A stretch of DNA of 64,000 nt, from the NCBI RefSeq assembly GCF_006345805.1, contig NC_043004.1, positions 57,784,001-57,848,000 of the forward strand. Direction: 5' to 3'. The position numbers and the translations under genes are program-made. Source of the DNA: Octopus sinensis. Lineage: Eukaryota. Position 1 is the first letter of the stretch. Each line of letters begins with the position of its first letter. Below the pieces are notes generated by a model, which saw nothing but the letters and a program-made list of their open reading frames with translations, was not told the DNA's origin and did not search any database. This document shows positions 39,832-53,405 of the stretch, piece by piece.

Positions 39832-40852
39832 TTCTATTTCTCTTTGTTGTTATTGCTGACTGTTATATTCTATCAGTCAGGAGAAAAGACTATGCTTTTA
39901 TTCCCTAACGGTGCGACCTCAAGTAGGCTAACAGAAGGATTTAAAATTAAAATGCATATCAATTGAATAAATACTGTAAAACATCCGTTCAATAGTTTTT
40001 ACAGTTCACAAATCCACCAACCGGAGTAGTATACTTTTATCAAACACGAAAGGATGAAAGGAAAAACTGACCTCGATGTGATTTGAAACATGATAGCAGG
40101 GTGTCAAAAGGAATAGCTGACCGACGCCCTAACGTTTGTGCTAACTCACCGCTTATGTTGTGTGAACTTCGTTGCTGTTTCATATTTTGTTTAACGCGCG
40201 TTAAACCAGTTCAAAAAAATTATTCCACCTAAAAAAATTTTCACCTAAGCAAACAAATTGTTTTGGCTTTTCTAGCTTTGCAGTAGTGATTTCAGAAAGA
40301 TTTAGTGTATTTCTAGCAGTCGATGGACCGCTTATTTCTATTCTCTTTGTTGTTATTGCTGACTGTTATATTCTATCAGTCAGGAGAAAAGACTATGCTT
40401 TTATTCCCTAACGGTGCGACCTCAAGTAGGCTAACAGAAGGATTTAAAATTAAAATGCATATCAATTGAATAAATACTGTAAAACATCCGTTCAATAGTT
40501 TTTACAGTTCTACAAATCCACCAACCTGGATTAGTATACTTTTATCAAACACGAAAGGCTGAAAGGAAAAACTGACCTCGATGTGATTTGAAATCAGATA
40601 GCAGGGTGTCAAAAGGAATAGCTGACCGACGCCCTAACGTTTGTGCTAACTCACCGCTTTCTGTTGTGAAACTTCGTTGCTGTTTCATATTTTTGTTTAA
40701 CGCAGCGTTAAACCATTTCAAAAAAATTATGACACCTAAAAAATTATTCCACCTAAAGCAAACAAATTGTTTTGGCTTTTCTAGCTTTGCCCAACAGTAT
40801 GTGATTTCAGAAAGATTTAGGTGGTATTTCTAGCAAGTCGATGGACCGCTTA
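39832..40852 (+). repeat. Tandem duplication, 2 x ~510 bp
   Basis: 39832-40334 matches 40335-40852. Copy 1 lacks several scattered single bases present in copy 2. Confidence 0.92.
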
Positions 40853-41489
40853 GAGGTTTTTAATTGTTGGTACTTTCGTGGATGCTCCCTTGTCGTTGAT
40901 GTTACGGCTGCTTATTATTGTGGCTGGCTTAACTGCTTAGGAACTTATTACTAATAACTTACGTTGATGTTTAGGCCCAGGTCAAACCTGATTCATCAGA
41001 CTGATGGTCAAAAAGTAATCTCTCTAAGTCCAGCCCACCATTTTAGTAATACATTATCCGATGAGCGCATCAGTGCTTAAGGGAAATGAGTGATTTGACT
41101 TGATGGGCGATTTCTAGTCGCCATTTTTTAAACATATCTAACGACTTCGTTCAGTTTTTCTGTCGCTGTCTCGAAATTACGTTACTTGTAATAATAATGC
41201 TACCACTGGTGCGATGACGACGACGTTAAAGATGCTGATGATGATGGGGATGAAGAGGAGGAGGACGATGTCGACAACGATGATGATGAGGATGGAGATG
41301 AGGATCATGATGTCGATGATGATGATGATGATGATGTGGATGATGGTGGTGGTGGTCGTCGTACTGTGGGGTGATGTTGCTATATTATGTGTCTATGAAC
41401 ACCATGGAGTTCAGATTAAGATACTTCCTGCTCCGCATGCTTCCGGATTGTCCTACACTTCGTTAATATAGATGGAATAGACGTATATC

Positions 41490-41554
<65 letters not shown>

Positions 41555-41560
41555 GTAAGA

Positions 41561-41961
41561 GGCGCAGGAGTGGCTGAGTGGTAAGTAGCTTGCTTACCAA
41601 CAACATGGTTCCGGGTTCAGTCCCACTGCATGGCATCTTGGGCAAGTGTCTTCTACTATAGCCTCGGGCCGACCAAAGCCTTGTGAGTGGATTTGGTAGA
41701 TGGAAACTGAAAGAAGCCCGTCTATATATATATATATATATATGCGCGTGTGTGTGTTGTTTGTGTCTGTGTTTGTCCCCCTAGCATTGCTTGACAACCG
41801 ATGCTGTGTGTTTATGTCCCCGTTACTTAGCGGTTCGGCAAAAGAGACCGATAGAATAAGTACTTGGCTTACAAAAGAATAAGTCCCGGGGTCCAGTTGC
41901 TCGATTAAAGGCGGTACTCCAGCATGGCCGCAGTCAAATGACTGAAACAAGTAAAAGAGTA
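41561..41961 (+). mobile_element. SINE family A, full length
   Basis: ggcgcaggagtggctgagtgg (A-box-like), gggttcagtccc (B-box-like), cttgggcaagt (CORE-like), central (TA)/(TG) tract and aagagt tail. Confidence 0.94.
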
Positions 41962-42498
41962 ATGCCCTGATACAGTACCAGGCAGTGGGTCTCGTGACTC
42001 CTGATTTTAACTGATTGGAAGTGTTATCATGTACATTGTTTCGTCTTAGTATAAAAGATAGGCTACAGCAAATATTCTGCTCAATACCACAGATTTGCTT
42101 ATCAGTTGTTTGACCATAACCAGTTGAGCGAATATCTTAGTGGCTGACGATATGTGCATCTCTGGACACGAGCAGAGCAGAAGTAGTGGGGGAACATCAT
42201 AGCCATGTGTTGAGAGGGATTCTTTGGGGTTTGAATAATTCACCTCTGGAAACATTGGTGTTTCGTTCAAAGTCCTGAAATAACTTATTCCTTTTGAGCG
42301 GGATGGGTTACTCGACCTGAAGAAAATTCTAACTGGGCTCCACCTGCAAGGTCATGTGCTGTTTACCTTGATATGAGATCACCATGTCGCACACTTATTG
42401 TTGTGATGCATGTGTCTGGTGTACCCTAATCAGACAGATAGTCATGATGGGTATAATGGGCTCTGTATATTTTACCCCAATGCACTGCTCTCTCACTC

Positions 42499-42559
<61 letters not shown>

Positions 42560-42568
42560 TAATAATAA
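41962..42568 (+). mobile_element. Retroposon 3' end family D with (AAT)n tail
   Basis: Aligns by eye with 24871-25381. Confidence 0.8.
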
Positions 42569-43251
42569 GGAATATAATGAAGTATCATTTCATGAATTTT
42601 AATTTACATTTTGATTTATATACAGCTTCTTGTTGACCTACATATGTTTCAACTAGATCGGTTTGTAACTAGCATTTGCAACTTTGATATAATACCGATG
42701 TATGTGTGTGTATGTGTGTGTGCCTATACACTTATATATATTAGATACATAGATGTACATGCGTAAGCACGACACACACACACAAACATGCACAGATATT
42801 TTATATTTACTTACTTTCTAATCACTACCCTGCAGTCATGCTGAGATACCGACTTGACAGGTTGGTCGAATTAATCGCCTGAATATTTGCTTAATGTTTT
42901 AAAAGCCGAGAACCTATTCTGTCGAGCTCCATTTGTCGTATCACTAATTTAAGGGGATATACATGAACCAACACCAGTTATCAACCGGTGCTGGGAACAC
43001 ACACACACGTATATATGTGTATGTGTGCATGTATGTGTATATGTATATATATATTGATAGAAATGGTAAGACAACAAAAGAATGAAAGGTACCGCGATAT
43101 TGATGGCGGCGTGGGTTTCCGCCCGACATCCGAAACTCAGAATTTTACCGTGGCTACCGAATGATTGTCACGTATATTTACATATACATATATATATATA
43201 TTTACATATATATATATGAATGTATGTATGTATATATTTTTTACTATTATT

Positions 43252-43474
43252 TCTCTTTTACTTGTTTCAATCATTTGACTGCGGCCATGCTGGAGCACCA
43301 CCTTTAGTCGAGCTAAACGACCCCAGGACTTATTCTTTATAAGCCTAGTACTTATTGTATCGGTTACTTTTGCCGAACCGCTAAGTTACGGGTACGTAAA
43401 CACACCAGAATCGATTCTCAAGCAATGCTGGGGGAACAAACAGAAAAACAAACATACACACACAACACACACAC

Positions 43475-43571
<97 letters not shown>

Positions 43572-43725
43572 TATACTAATGGCTTCTTCCAGTTTCCGTC
43601 TACCAAATCCACTCACAAGACTTTGGTCTGCTCGACGCTCTAGCAGAAGATACTTGCCTAAGGTGCCACGCAGTGGGGACTGAACCCGGAACCATGTGGT
43701 TGGTAAAGAATCTACTTACTACACA
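43252..43725 (-). mobile_element. SINE family A
   Basis: Reverse copy with an expanded internal (TA)n. Confidence 0.9.
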
Positions 43726-43800
43726 CACACATATATATATATATACAGAGAGAGAGAGAGAAAGGGAGAGAGAAAGAGAGATAAATAGATAGAAAGATAA

Positions 43801-43844
<44 letters not shown>

Positions 43845-43970
43845 ATAGATAGACAGATAGACAGATAAATAATTATATATATTCATTTATAGGTAGATAC
43901 ATAGAAGGATAGATGTGCATATTTCAAACACATATGTATCTCTGTATGAGTGTGTGTACGTGTGTCTTTT

Positions 43971-44037
<67 letters not shown>

Positions 44038-44588
44038 TTTGTGTGTGTTTGTGTGTGTGCTTATGCGCACACATACGCACTCACACACGTATTTGAAACA
44101 CGGCTAATGTGTGCAATAGACCAAATGTCAAACCCAGTGGGCGTCAGGAAAACAGTCGTGTTAATGTGCGTACGACTGTTGCATATGTTGTGAACACAGG
44201 TGTACATTATTGATGGTGTTGGTGATAGTGGTGATGTTTGTCATGGCGATGGTTGTCGTGGCAGTGGTGTCAGATGTAAGGGTGAGTGCGATAGTGATGG
44301 TTGCTCCTGTTTGTGCGAGTTACTTATTACAAAGTTTCTGTCGTTCTTTGATAACTAAGGTTGATATTGATTTCTCATAAGCACACTACATGTACTCCCT
44401 CTCGCCCCAACTCTCTCCTCTCTCTCTCTCCTTTTTTTTGTGTGTGTCTCTATATATATGTGTGTGCGTGTGTGTTTATATGTGTGTTTTGTGTGCGTGT
44501 GTGTACTAACACACACACACACACATATATACAAGAGAAAGTTAGTTTCTCCGATATTTTAGATCATGAGATATCTATGTATCTATCA

Positions 44589-44622
<34 letters not shown>

Positions 44623-44986
44623 ATATCTATCTACCCATTTATCTATCCTCTCTCTGTCTCTGTCTCTCAGTCTCTCTCTCTCTCTACATATATATATAAT
44701 AAGAGTAAATAATAGATTTAATGGTTTTTAAAAAAAACAACAATTATGTACGGGTAGATTTCAGCATGTAAATATAATCATTAACGGTAGGAAGTTTTAT
44801 AAAAGTTCAATATATATTTTTGTATATAAATAAAAGAGGCAGGCAACAGGTTGCTTAGCCACATACCGAAAAATTAGAAATAGCAGTCAAATATGTGTGT
44901 GTCCAAGTGACCGTGAGCATGTTTAAGAGGGGAAGCCACTTATATATGTGTATATATATATATTTGTGTTTGTGTGTGTGTGTGGC

Positions 44987-45990
44987 GCCCTTTGTGAAGA
45001 AACTCAAATCCTAAGTGGCGTCCCCCAGGGAACGGTTCTGGGACCATTACTGTTCATAATAGCCCTCTTAGAATAGTTGTGTTGATGATCCAAAATTGTC
45101 ACAGGTAATACAAATCCATAATGACATCGCAAGCATAGAGCGGGACCTAAATTTGATATACGAGTGGACAGAAATAAACAGCATGCAGTTATAACGCTAG
45201 AAAATTTCAAGCACTGCATTATCAACTTATGTATACACTACAGCCTGCATATACAAGATCCGAAGGCAGTACAATCCCAGAATGAGAGGCAGTGAAAGAG
45301 TTTGGGGATCAGTATGTGCAATGACGCATTATTGTATATGCACATTACGAAGATGGCAGCAAAGTGCAGACAACTGGCAGGATGGATACTGAGGTCCTTC
45401 AAGACAAGAGACCAAGAAATTATGTTGACCCCGTGGAAAACCTTTGTTCTCAGCCGCCTGGATTATTGCTCCTAGTTATGGTCACCACATAATGCCAAAC
45501 TAACAGCGGAACTTGAAGCAGTCCAACCCCGCTGCACTAAAATGATTGAAACAGTGCAGCAGATGAGCTACAGGGATAGGTTGAGAAAACTACAACTTTA
45601 CTTCCTGGGGTATAAGCGTAAGAGACATGCAATAATCTTCATATGGAAAACTCTAGAAGGGCAAGTACCTAATTTCGACTTTGAGTGTTATACATATGCC
45701 AGAAATGGCAGCCTTTGTATTGCACCATCTAATCCATCTGAGTTCAGGAACAGGCACTCCAATAGTGTAGGGTTCAAAGACCAACAGCTCTTCAATGCCA
45801 TGCCACAAAAATTAAGAAATTTGCATAAATTTGCATATAAGCAGATGTTTTCGAAAAGGAACTAGACATCCTCCTCTCCATAATACAGGATGAACCAGTA
45901 AGAAGTGCAGACGAAGGCAGCGGAACCAAAGGGACTGCGGTGGTGCTCCGGCGTGACCACGGCCGCATGGCTCAAACGAGTAAAATTGTA
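44987..45990 (+). mobile_element. Decayed CR1/Jockey-group LINE, 3' part of RT and C-terminus
   Basis: SGVPQGTVLGPLLFII, DDPKL, WILRSFKTRD...VLSRLDYCS*LWSP...LEAVQ...YRDRLRKLQLY, with frameshifts and stops. Confidence 0.9.
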
Positions 45991-46091
45991 AAGGAGTAAT
46001 ATATATATTCATGTATGTATGTATATATATATATATAAAGATATATATATATATGAATGTATGTATAAGTATGTGTATATATATACATATA

Positions 46092-46475
46092 GGAGGCGCA
46101 ATGGCCCAGTGGTTAGGGCAGCGGACTCGCGGTCGTAGGATCGTGGTCGGTTTCGATTCCCAGACCGGGCGTTGTGAGTGTTTATTGAGCGAAAATACCT
46201 AAAGCTCCACGAGGCTCCGGCAGGGATGGTGGTGATCCCTGCTGTACTCTTTCGCCACAACTTTCTCTCACTCTTACTTCCTGTTTCTGTTGTACCTGTA
46301 TTTCAAAGGGCCGGCCTTGTCACTCTCTGTGTCACGCTGAATATCCCCGAGAACTACGTTAAGGGTACACCTGTCTGTGGAGTGCTCAGCCACTTACACG
46401 TTAATTTCACGAGCAGGCTGTTCCGTTGATCGGATCAACCGGAACCCTCGTCGTCGTAACCGACGGAGTGCTTCC
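46092..46475 (+). mobile_element. SINE family C, full length
   Basis: tRNA-like head (tggcccagtggttag...gtttcgattccc); near-identical to 54229-54607. Confidence 0.9.
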
Positions 46476-46481
46476 ATATAC

Positions 46482-46512
<31 letters not shown>

Positions 46513-47427
46513 TGTGTGTCTGTGTTTGTGTGTGTGGAGAGAGTATGTATGTGTGCGTTGTCGCGCGCCTGCGCGTGTGTTGTTTAAACGGCGCAGTATA
46601 TTAGACTACGAAATTATAGTCTACGAATTCTGGTTACGTTTCGGAAAATCGATCGAACAAGTGTTGGGGTGAAAATCTATTTGATCACTATCTTCCATAG
46701 ATATTACCCTGCAGTCTTAAAGAGGAATAAACATTATACTATGTCCCCAAATTCTTGTACACTATCGTGCAAAATAATTCTATCATCATTAATTTGGGAA
46801 ACATGCAAAAAGCTACGCTTCCTCGAAGAGGTTTCATAAATGTGAGACATACCGTGAAATACTGGCTGCACTTGTGAATATACACTTGAATGCTACTCAT
46901 CGCCAAGTTGAGAATACCGACTGCACACTTGTTAGTGCGTAAGAAAACGTATAACATGTTATATCTTACGAGGTCTTACGCTTTGAATTCAAACCCGACT
47001 AGCTCAACTTCGTTCCTCTTTTTTTGTTTTGAACTAAACGAAATGAAGTACCAGTTAAATATGAAATTGTCTCGCCCTGATCCCAACGCTCACAATACCC
47101 GGGATTATAGAGATTTTTGAAACAAACGTTTGTTACTAAAATATGAATCCTTTCCTCCATATAATTATCATTAGTTGACTTTATTTCTTCATCAAATTAG
47201 CTACGGTTTCCTCCGATTTCGCAGTTATTTCTAGTTCAGAGTGTATCTCTGAGTAAATTAATTCCTTCGTTCATCTAAATACGGCATGTTTGAAATAGAA
47301 AGGTAAACACAAAAAGAAAGGTATCTTTAAATTTTTACCCAATAATTACATGGTATTATTTACAGCCTATCAATCTCTTCGAGTCTCAGTCTTCCAAACA
47401 CACACACAAGCACCACACACATATATA

Positions 47428-47725
47428 GGCGCAGACGTTGCCTAGTGGTAAGAAGTTTGCTTCTCAACAACATTGTTTCCTGTTCAATCGCATTGCATAA
47501 CATCGTGTGCAAATGTCTTCTATTATAGACTCGAGCCGACGAAAGCGTTTGGATGGGATATGTTGACGGAAACTCAAAGAACTCCGTCGTGTATATGTGT
47601 TGTGTGTGTGTGTCTGTGTATCTGTATGTGTATGTATATGTGTGTGTACGTGTGTTTGTGTCTGAGTTTTATTCCCCACTACCGCTTGACAACCCATATT
47701 GGTGTATTTTCGTAACCGTAACTTT
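47428..47725 (+). mobile_element. SINE family A, old and diverged
   Basis: Recognisable head and central region with many substitutions. Confidence 0.7.
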
Positions 47726-48144
47726 AGAGTGACTGAGAGATGAAGCGCTATGTTTAAAAAACTGGTAACGAGTCGGTCGACAGAAATTCAAGTAGGTGTG
47801 CCCCATGAATATATTTAATTCACCAGTTGATGTCCAACAGGTAGATCAAACATCATCTTACCATACATCACCACTACTTACAATTTCTTTTGTAATCCTT
47901 CGTAGGCTGGTGGGGTTGAAATTACACAAAAGGCCATTGGGATCTCCTTTTATTTTTGCGCATTTCCGCGCTATTCATAAAATGATATTTGTTTAATCTT
48001 GCATATACCAGTGAGTGCGTGTTACAGAGGAATAAATTTAATGCTTTTTTAAAAAAATACTTTTATAAACTTTACATATAGCACTAATATTAAAATAAAA
48101 CAAAAAGAATAAAAGCAAAAAGTACATCGATTCATACCAGTATA

Positions 48145-48559
48145 GGCGCAGGAGTGTGCTAAGTAGCTTGTTTACCAACCACATGGTTCCGGGTTCAGTC
48201 CCACTGCGTAACACCTTGGGCATGTGTCTTCTACTATAGCCTCGGGCCGACCAAAGCCTTGTGAGTGGATTTGGTAGACGGAAACTGAGAGAAGCTCGTC
48301 GTATATATATATGTATATATATATGTGTGTGTGTGTGTATGGGTGTGTGTGTGTGTCTATGTTTGTCCCCCTAGCATTGCTTGACAACCGATGCTGGTGT
48401 GTTTATGTCCCCGTTACTTAGCGGTTCGGCAAAAGAGATCGATAGAATAAGTACAGGGCTTACAAAAGAATAAGTCACGGCGTCGAGTTGCTCGATAAAA
48501 GGCGGAGCTCCAGCATGGCGGCAGTCAAATGACTGAAACAAGTAAATGAGTAAATGAGT
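48145..48559 (+). mobile_element. SINE family A, full length
   Basis: Matches 41561-41961. Confidence 0.93.
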
Positions 48560-48725
48560 ATATACACGAAGAAAACTGATTTATAGTTCATCAGAAAAAT
48601 AATTTCACAAAAAGCCAATGGTGCCAGTTGAACCCCAATGACTATATTTTATGCTATAACATACATATAACTGGAAATAGGTAAGGGAATAAAAGTATAT
48701 AAACACACACCACATACATACATAC

Positions 48726-48766
<41 letters not shown>

Positions 48767-48885
48767 TATATATATAATTTCAATACGGACGGTTGATTTC
48801 TGTAGTATTTTGGCGATTTAAATAACTGTTACTTTTGGCAAGTAGACATACTTAGTATGTCCTTTGATTAATTTTAATCCTTCAG

Positions 48886-48943
<58 letters not shown>

Positions 48944-49017
48944 ATAATATATATATATGTATGTATGTATGTGTGTGTATGTATGTGTATGATCTATCTA
49001 TATTATCTATATATATA

Positions 49018-49057
<40 letters not shown>

Positions 49058-49125
49058 TAAAAACGGTAAGATAACAAAAGAAAGAAAAATACCTCAATAT
49101 TATGTAAATAGAGGAAATTTATCAA

Positions 49126-49300
49126 TAAAATAATATGTTACATTACTCAATAGTCAGATAAAACTCTGAGTTTCAGATGCTGAAGTGGAAATCCACAACA
49201 CCATCTCTCGTATCGAAGAGATGGTGTTGTGGATTTCCACTTCAGCATCTGAAACTCAGAGTTTTATCTTGACTATTGAGTAATGTAACATATTATTTTA
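49126..49300. mobile_element. Near-perfect fold-back, 83/84-bp arms, 8-nt loop
   Basis: 49126-49208 is the reverse complement of 49217-49300 with one indel. A related single arm lies at ~43060-43150. Confidence 0.9.
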
Positions 49301-49301
49301 G

Positions 49302-49352
<51 letters not shown>

Positions 49353-49834
49353 GGAGTAAACACATAAATGTGAAACAAGGTGGAAAAAAGACTACTCAAA
49401 TACCAGTGGTAGAGTCTATATATATATATATCGCTTTTGGCAAAACCGTCCGAGACTTGACTGAGATTAATTGACGTCTTGCTAACAATAACGATAAGAC
49501 CAACAGCAACAGTTACAGCCACAACAAAAGTACCTGAAATGTACCTCGTTGTGAAGAATAAGCAGTTATACTTGGGGAAGTGTATGAATAATAATATTTT
49601 GATAACTCAATTGTTTTATTTTTCTGACATGGAAAGAAGAGCATTCTAGAATTTAGCATGAATAAATATTTTACGTTTTCGCTATTTGCATTTGGAGAAG
49701 AAAATCCATACCAAAACAATAATGAATCACTCTATTGATCACACACACACAACACACACATACACACACACACGCATATATATATATATTCGCCGTGCTG
49801 GACCGCTGAAATCTAATTTTTTTTAATCCTATCT

Positions 49835-49980
49835 CTGTTTCTTTTCTCTTATTCCTTTCTGCTGAAGAGCGTAGGCTCGAAACGTAAACAACTCATTTTT
49901 CCCGAAAGTTAAACTAATGCATTTGCTTGTATTTCATACGCCTGTCTCCGTCTTTTATTTTCTCATCAACTTCAACTATA
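49835..49980 (+). repeat. Dispersed repeat with hammerhead-like core (second copy at ~60710-60860)
   Basis: ctgaagagcgtaggctcgaaacgt at 49862-85 and ttgaagagcgtaggctcgaaatgt at 60742-65, with similar downstream sequence. Confidence 0.75.
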
Positions 49981-50070
49981 TATATATATCACGTGACCAA
50001 CCAGACCATCAGATGTTGCTACATATCGCTGGTCACAACGCGTTCGCTAAGCGATTAGGCCAACAGAAGA

Positions 50071-50237
50071 AAGAGTGGCAAAAGGATACAGCAGAGATCA
50101 CCCCCCCCCCGATGGAGCCTCGTGGAGCTTTTAGGTGTTTTTGCTCAATAAACACTCACAACGCCCGGTCTGGTACTCGGGACCGCGATCCTACGACCGC
50201 GAGTTCGCTGGCCTATCCACTGGGCCATTGCACCTCC
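50071..50237 (-). mobile_element. SINE family C, head fragment
   Basis: Reverse complement of the first ~165 bp of 46092-46475. Confidence 0.82.
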
Positions 50238-50927
50238 ACACATATATATATAGAGAGAGAAAGTGAGAGAAAGAGAGAGAGGGAGAGAGATATGGGGAGA
50301 GGGAGGTGCATATGGTGACGAGATAAATCTGAAACCAATCTATGATATTAATGAAACAAAAAGCCATATGTCGAGAAGCAGTTCTTAAATTTTGTGGGGA
50401 AATCCCTGTGTTCGTATGTGTCTGCATATGTGTGCTTAATGCGGCACCTTAATTGTGCAGCCTTTTAATGAAAATACACACACAGACACACACATACATA
50501 CATAATATATAAATAGACACACAGACACACACACACACTAATTCACCAATGCAATACGTGAGTATATACATAGATATGATAGATGCTATGGGACGGAGAT
50601 ACTTTTACCACCCTCAAGTCCTCGAAAAATTGTGGCAATGTGCGCGGTCACCCCATCCCACACTACTGCAGAAACACACAATACCCTACTCCCCCCTCTC
50701 TCTCCATTTCTCACCTTCCCCATCTCTCTCATTATGATCGAAGTATATATTTTGCTGTTCCATACTATTGTACTGTTGCAATATGCAACACATACATAGA
50801 CTAATAACCAAGTTAAAGAAGTTCCACGTTGAACATAATAAAATCATGAAAATTAATGTCAATCCGAACTGTCCACCAGGAAACGACAGAAGTTGTATGC
50901 AGACGCAAGAGCGTTGCACACTTGCAT

Positions 50928-50976
<49 letters not shown>

Positions 50977-51221
50977 TATATATATATGAGTAAACAAAAA
51001 CACAACCGGAAAACACGATGGAAAAATAGTACTCGAATACCAAAGGTAGAGTATATTTATTGAAGCTGCAAAAACATCACAAAATATGTAACTCAGAGTT
51101 TCACGTTCTCGATCGTCGGGCAACTGTGACCAAGACTCTTGATCACGAAATAGAAGAGAAAATAGTATAAATTAGGTGTGTGTGTTTGTGTGTATTGATA
51201 TATTTCTGATATATATATATG

Positions 51222-51253
<32 letters not shown>

Positions 51254-51380
51254 TATATTACATACACATACACATGCAAATCCTCGCATACACGTAATAT
51301 ATATATATATATATACATTCATGCAAAACTACAAACATACATACATTGAGAGACTCAGGCAGTATATATTACTGAGATTA

Positions 51381-51794
51381 AAGCGGCGAGCTGGTAAAAA
51401 CGTTAGCACTTCGGGCGAAATGCTTACCTGTATTTCGTCTGCCGTTACGTTCTGCGAGGTCGACTTTGCCTTTTATCCCTCGGAGTCGATAAATTAAGCA
51501 CCAGTTACACACTGGGTCGATGTAATCGACTCAATCCCTTTGGCTGTCCTGGTTTGTTCCCTCTATGTTTTGCCCCTTGTGGACAATAAAGAAATAAGAA
51601 ACGTTAGCACACCGGGCGAAATGCTTAGCGATATTTCGTCTGTCTTCACTTTCTAAGTTCAAAATTCCGCCAAGATCGACTTTGCTTTTCATCCTTTCAG
51701 CGTCGATAAATTAAGTACCAGTTGCGTACTAGGGAAGATCTAATCGACTGGCCCCTCCCTCAAAATTTCGGGCCTCATGCCTATATTAGAGAAG
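51381..51794 (+). mobile_element. Dimeric SINE family B with 20-bp target-site duplication
   Basis: Two B monomers head to tail, flanked by the exact repeat agtatatattactgagatta at 51361-51380 and 51795-51814. Confidence 0.87.
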
Positions 51795-52963
51795 AGTATA
51801 TATTACTGAGATTATTAAATAATTCCGGCCTATTTCTGTATTGAGTACTTTTACATCGTGTTTATCAACTGAAACAAGCACATACACAGACACACACACA
51901 CACAACGGTTAGGTACATAGACACTCTTAAGATTAGACATCTCTACGTGCTTTACTTTACCGTGCGTGTGTGGTACCTGTGCTTACATGCGTGTCTATAT
52001 TTATGAGTGATTTCAACTCAATGAGCCGTTGCAAATGAATATATAAAAAAACATGTATTGCATATAAATGTATCCACTTATCTTCTCTAATGTGTGTGTG
52101 TCTATGTGTCCGTGCGCGTGCAGTAGGACGCATTTGCACACATACACTTTTATGAAATGCACAAAGAGAGCTACAGTGAAACAGAGCGTGAAAGGAAAGA
52201 GAGAGAAGTAGTGGCGAAGGAAGACGGATAAGAATGTAGAAAGCGAGAAAGGAGGAGAGAGAAAGACAAGCAGGCAGACGAAGAGAGAGAGGGGGGTTAG
52301 AAAGAGTGACAGAGAGAGACAGGTAGACTGACAACAGTTAGACAGACAGACAGACTGATCGACATACAAATAGCGATAGAAAAACAGTGAGTTGATGCGC
52401 AAGAGAGTTGGAGACAGACAGAAGGTGAGATGAGAAAGACAGAGTCCACAGTCAGAAAATGAATTGGATTGACAAAAAACGATGCAGTTAAGAGAGAGAG
52501 GGAAAGGGAGAAAATTAGAGAGAGAGAGACAGACAGAGAGACAGACAGACAGAGTGAGAGAGGGAGGCAAAGGAAATATACGTATAGAGGCAGAGGCTAA
52601 ATAGAGACAGAAACTCATAGAGCAATAGTGAAATTGGTTGAATTGTCAATAGATGAATGGTGGAATGATTAATTGAACAGTTGTCAGGACGCTAGAGATA
52701 TTTGGAAAGGTAGGGGGTAGGGACGCTAGAGATATGTGGAAAGGTAGGAGGTAGGTAGTGGTGTATGAATGAAGCAAATGAATGGATGATTGAGTGAGCG
52801 GATGGCTGAGTTGAATCAATGAGTTTAGTGAGCGGTTAAACCGGTGTAAGGGAGTTACTTTATGGAGTAAGCGACGGGTGGTGGTCGTCACAGACGAGGT
52901 GCGAAATAGCTGCACGTTCAGGTGTATATGCATGTGTGAGTGTGTATGTATGTATGTATGTAT

Positions 52964-53370
52964 GGAGTGACTGTGTGGTAAATAGCTTGCTAACCAACCA
53001 CATGGTTCCGGGTTCAGTCCCACTGCGTGGCATCTTGGGCAAGTGTTTTCTGCTATAGCCCCGGGCCGACCAATGCCTTGTGAGTGGATTTGGTAGACGG
53101 AAACTGAAAGAAGCCTGTCGTATATATGTATATGTATGTGTGTGTTTGTGTGTCTGTGTTTGTCCCCTTAGCATTGCTTGACAACCGATGCTGGTGTGTT
53201 TACGTCCCCGTTACTTAGCGGTTCGGCAAAGAGAGACCGATAGAATAAGTACTGGGCTTACAAAGAATAAGTCCCGGGGTCGATTTGCTCGGCTAAAGGC
53301 CGTGCTCCAGTATGGCGGCAGTCAAATGACTGAAACAAGTAAAAGAGTAAAAGAGTAAAAGAGTAAGAGT
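52964..53370 (+). mobile_element. SINE family A, full length
   Basis: Matches the family; (aaagagt)n tail. Confidence 0.93.
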
Positions 53371-53373
53371 ATG

Positions 53374-53405
<32 letters not shown>

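Noticed and set aside
46092-46170. tRNA-like sequences at SINE heads (also 16850-16910 and 63865-63925)
   Set aside because: A/B boxes are present but there is no complete cloverleaf or acceptor stem, and they continue into SINE bodies. They are not tRNA genes.
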